Below, in pieces: positions 60,850 through 64,000 of a DNA stretch of 64,000 nucleotides. Source of the stretch: Marsupella aquatica (Eukaryota > Plantae > Marchantiophyta); assembly GCA_973895155.1 (NCBI GenBank), contig OZ316896.1:18650754-18714753 (forward strand), given 5' to 3'. Made by a program: the position numbers and the translations under genes. The notes below the pieces were generated by a model. The model had not been told where the DNA came from. It made no database searches and saw only the letters and a list, made by a program, of their open reading frames with translations. Numbering within the stretch: position 1 is the first letter of the stretch; each line of letters begins with the position of its first letter.

Positions 60850-63800
60850 GTAGAGAATATTCCAAAAAAATATAGAGTTGTTTTTTGGCCGTTAGTCAAA
60901 GAGACCAAGCACTGAATGGTAACTTTTTTGGATCTTTTTTGACAAGGACGTAACCACTGAAGCTAGCAATGCGGCGCACCAATCGAATTGCAATTACGAC
61001 AATGAGTGGTACTTGGCATTTTGGTTATTCCATGAGGTGGTCAAAATGGGGGAGTTTCACAAAGTTTTGCCCACCCCAACCAAAATTTGAATAACTTTTT
61101 CATCGGATTTTAATTTTGATTTTGATTTTCAGTGTTGGACTCCTACCTTTGTGGGCTATGCGATGGTGATTAATTGAGTTTTTTGAGTTGTTGCAAAAAA
61201 CAACATTTTTTCGTGATTTTCTCATATGAGTGATTCGGAGGAGCAATTCGAAAACATGGAACTTGAGGCACGAGGATCATCACAGGAGTTGGAGGTGGAG
61301 ATAGCAGAGCAGGAGGAAGAACACGTGACATCGATACCATCATCGATGCGGCGTGTGATGGAAGAAGCAGTTCTACTACCGGAGCTAACGGTAGTGCAAA
61401 AGAAGATGGGAACATTCAAAGTTGGGGAACCCAACTTGTATGAAGTGACAAAGTTTGATGGGCGCTTTGACTACTTGCTTTAGGAGAAGCAAGTGAAGGG
61501 AGTGCTCTATGCTTGGGGAATGGGCCAACTACTGAAGCCTCGTGAGGACGATATTGATGAGAAATGAGATGAGAAAGATTGGGAGGCCATGCAAGAGCAG
61601 GGAGTGTGGTGTGTTACACTTTACCTCATGCCTCCCATCATCAAGCAATTGGGTGCACATAAGGATTGTATGTCCTTGTTTGTGGCAGAAGAAGTATCAC
61701 CACATGGAGTTCTCGAATTGGCTCTACACTTCCTACAAACTGATGAGTTTCAGAATGAAGAAAATTGGTACAAAGTTGTAGGATGCTTTCAATGACATGG
61801 TCGTTGACTTGGAAAACCTTGGGGAGGAACTTGATGAGAAGAAGGCATTGCAACTTCTCAGTTCATTGCTTTCATCTTACCAGTCCTTATCACAAGTGCT
61901 ATTGCATCGTGATAGGGATACCATGTCATATAGTGATGTGCTAAGTTCTTTGCTTACTGATGATCTTCAAGCCTTCATCATCGACTGGTGCTGCCCTCAA
62001 TGTTAACCGTGGGAAGAGTATGCAACAACCAATTGGAGACCGTAGAACCCAATTTAAATTTAAATCTAGATCTAAGTGAATGGACAAGTCCTCGGTGTCA
62101 TAAGGAAATTAGACTATATGGGGAATAGTTTAGTTTTGTGTGAAAATATAAAAGTAGAGATTTCTATGGTAACAAGTAGATTTTGACTTCTACCAAAGTA
62201 AAATTATAAGTATTGGTAATTTTTAGGAATTACCATAGTAACAAGTAATTTCTAGAATATATCATAATAAAAAAGTAAATTTTGGTAACTTTTAATGTCA
62301 TAGTAAATAGTAAATTCTTAAATTTACCATAAAAAAAAGTAAATTTTGATAACTTCTAGAGTTTATCATAGTAATAAAATAAGTTCTAGAATTTATTGTG
62401 GTAAAAAAGTTAACTCTAGTAAGCTCTAGTAATTTCTAGTATCTTCTAGGATACTCTTGTAAAGGGACCAACGTGGTCTGGCTCCAATTATAAATCTATT
62501 TTCTAGCATTTCAAACGTATGAGTGCGAGGATAGAGAGTGTATAGAGTGTATAGAGTGCATAGAGTGCATATTGTGTGCATTAGATTTACATTAGAGGAA
62601 TGCCTGAACATCGATTCTAGGACTAAATAGAATGTCTATGCCACCGGTTTCTATGGTGGAACGGATCTAAGTTTCCTAATTCTTGGTCATGGAAGGCATT
62701 GCCACCACTTGAGTACCTTGAGGATGGAGCTTTGAATTTGGCAAGGTCGGCTATGCCGCCAATACCATAAATATAATGTCTACAAACCTGTGCTCAAGTA
62801 GGAACGGCTCTGTCGCTAAACCTATCTTAGAAAATATATAGAAAGTATGAATGTCAATATTGATTTGAATGAGAGTCCGCAAATTCTAAACTTACGTTCT
62901 ACGGTGAGAATTAAGTTGATAGTAAAGAGGAAGATAGATATTAGGCAGGTTCTTACATAGAAGTTTGGAAAAGAAGGATACATACTGCAGTTATCGCATC
63001 GTCAAATCCATTAATACTCTATAGATGTACAAATGAGGATGTGAGTGTTTTTATAATAGTGTAATAGATGAGAGATCATAGTCGAGAGGGGGAAAGAAGT
63101 ACGTAGAGAAGATTATCACTTGGAGGAGATATTTGTGGAGCGTTGGCCTGACCCCGACTACTCTGGTGTTATTGCCAATAATTGGAGTTGATCACACATA
63201 TCTCTTGGTACCAAAAGTGCTTAGGAGTCCTTGCGAAAAAGGGTAGGCCATTCCCATGCAATTTATCTGGAGAAAACGGCAAGAGGCACAGGGTAACCCA
63301 AGGAACTTGAGAAATGGTCGGGAGAGGACAAGGTTCTCAGTCAATGAAATTGGTTCTAAGCATGAGGTCTCTTACAAGTGGTGAATAGCATAATTAGCAT
63401 ATGCAGCTAGACACCCGACGTGTTCTTGAGAGCTTACTATTCCCATGACACCGGAGAGGAGGCAGATGACATGTTGGAAGTGCAACAAGGGAGGACACTT
63501 CAAGCGAGACTGTAAGGGCAAGGCAATTGAGTCTTCATCGGTCAATGTGGCTAGGGCCAATGGAAAAGATGATTTACTCAATGATGAGTATGTTTTATAA
63601 AACCAAGGGTATGCCCTAGATGCACTTCATCTAGGAGAGCAGATGATGTGTGGATTCTTAATTGTGTTTGCTCTTTTCACATTTGTTACATTTATGAGTT
63701 TTCAATTCTTACTCTGTTTCAAACGGTTTAGTTCTAATGGAAAATTATCACTCTTGTCGAATTGAGGAAATTGGGTCTATGAAGATTGATGGCGTTGTGT

Positions 63801-64000
63801 GCATAGTGTCTAGAGTCAAGTATGTACCTGATATGCATAAGAATTTAATTTGACTCAGTGTATTGGATTCAAATGGTCATCAATATCTGAGCATTATTGA
63901 TAGTGAATTTCAAGTCATGTCGGGATAGACTAATTTTGAAGGGGAGAAGACAAAAGAATTTGTATGTGTTGTAGGGCAATATTGTATGTGGAGAGGTCAC
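60850..64000 (+). mobile_element. Decayed copy of the same copia family (leader, gag, start of pol); no 5' LTR seen; runs off the window
   Basis: The leader is colinear with the reverse complement of 48790-49170. Gag starts MSDSEEQFENMELEARGS at 61226 and contains QEQGVWCVTLYLMPPIIKQLGAHKDC, CWKCNKGGHFKRDC and then the PR remnant. Many stops and frameshifts are present. Confidence 0.92.
62096..63450. mobile_element. Solo-LTR-like insertion (1355 bp) in gag of the decayed copia
   Basis: Termini TGTCAT...ATGACA with flanks TCGG / CCGG. Removing the insert plus 4 bp restores KSPERRQMTCWKC, compared with KSPQRRQVTCWKC in the intact copy. Confidence 0.85.

Overview
Eukaryotic, land-plant genomic DNA with GT-AG introns; a bryophyte-like origin is an inference only. 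It holds three apparently intact host genes: organellar phenylalanyl-tRNA synthetase (-, 10 exons), an intronless F-box/LRR gene (+), and a large NT-C2 + coiled-coil gene (+, 11 exons). A WDR26-type CTLH/WD40 gene (-) has a frameshifted first exon. The right third is a nest of transposons. A decayed PIF/Harbinger transposase is interrupted by a hAT-type MITE (8-bp TSD) and by a very young full-length Ty1/copia element (439-bp LTRs with one difference seen, ATTAT TSD, iMet PBS). Further right are an old LTR-like pair and a decayed second copy of the same copia family split by a solo LTR. The most striking observation is that gag and pol of the young copia are in the same frame but separated by one UGA. 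That UGA is followed by a hairpin and a possible pseudoknot, and the older copy has a stop (UAA) at the same codon, suggesting programmed readthrough or micro-splicing. A tRNA-headed mini-element with an LTR-end/PBS signature at ~3.6-3.8 kb is the second candidate. Alignments were made by eye, so repeat boundaries are approximate.
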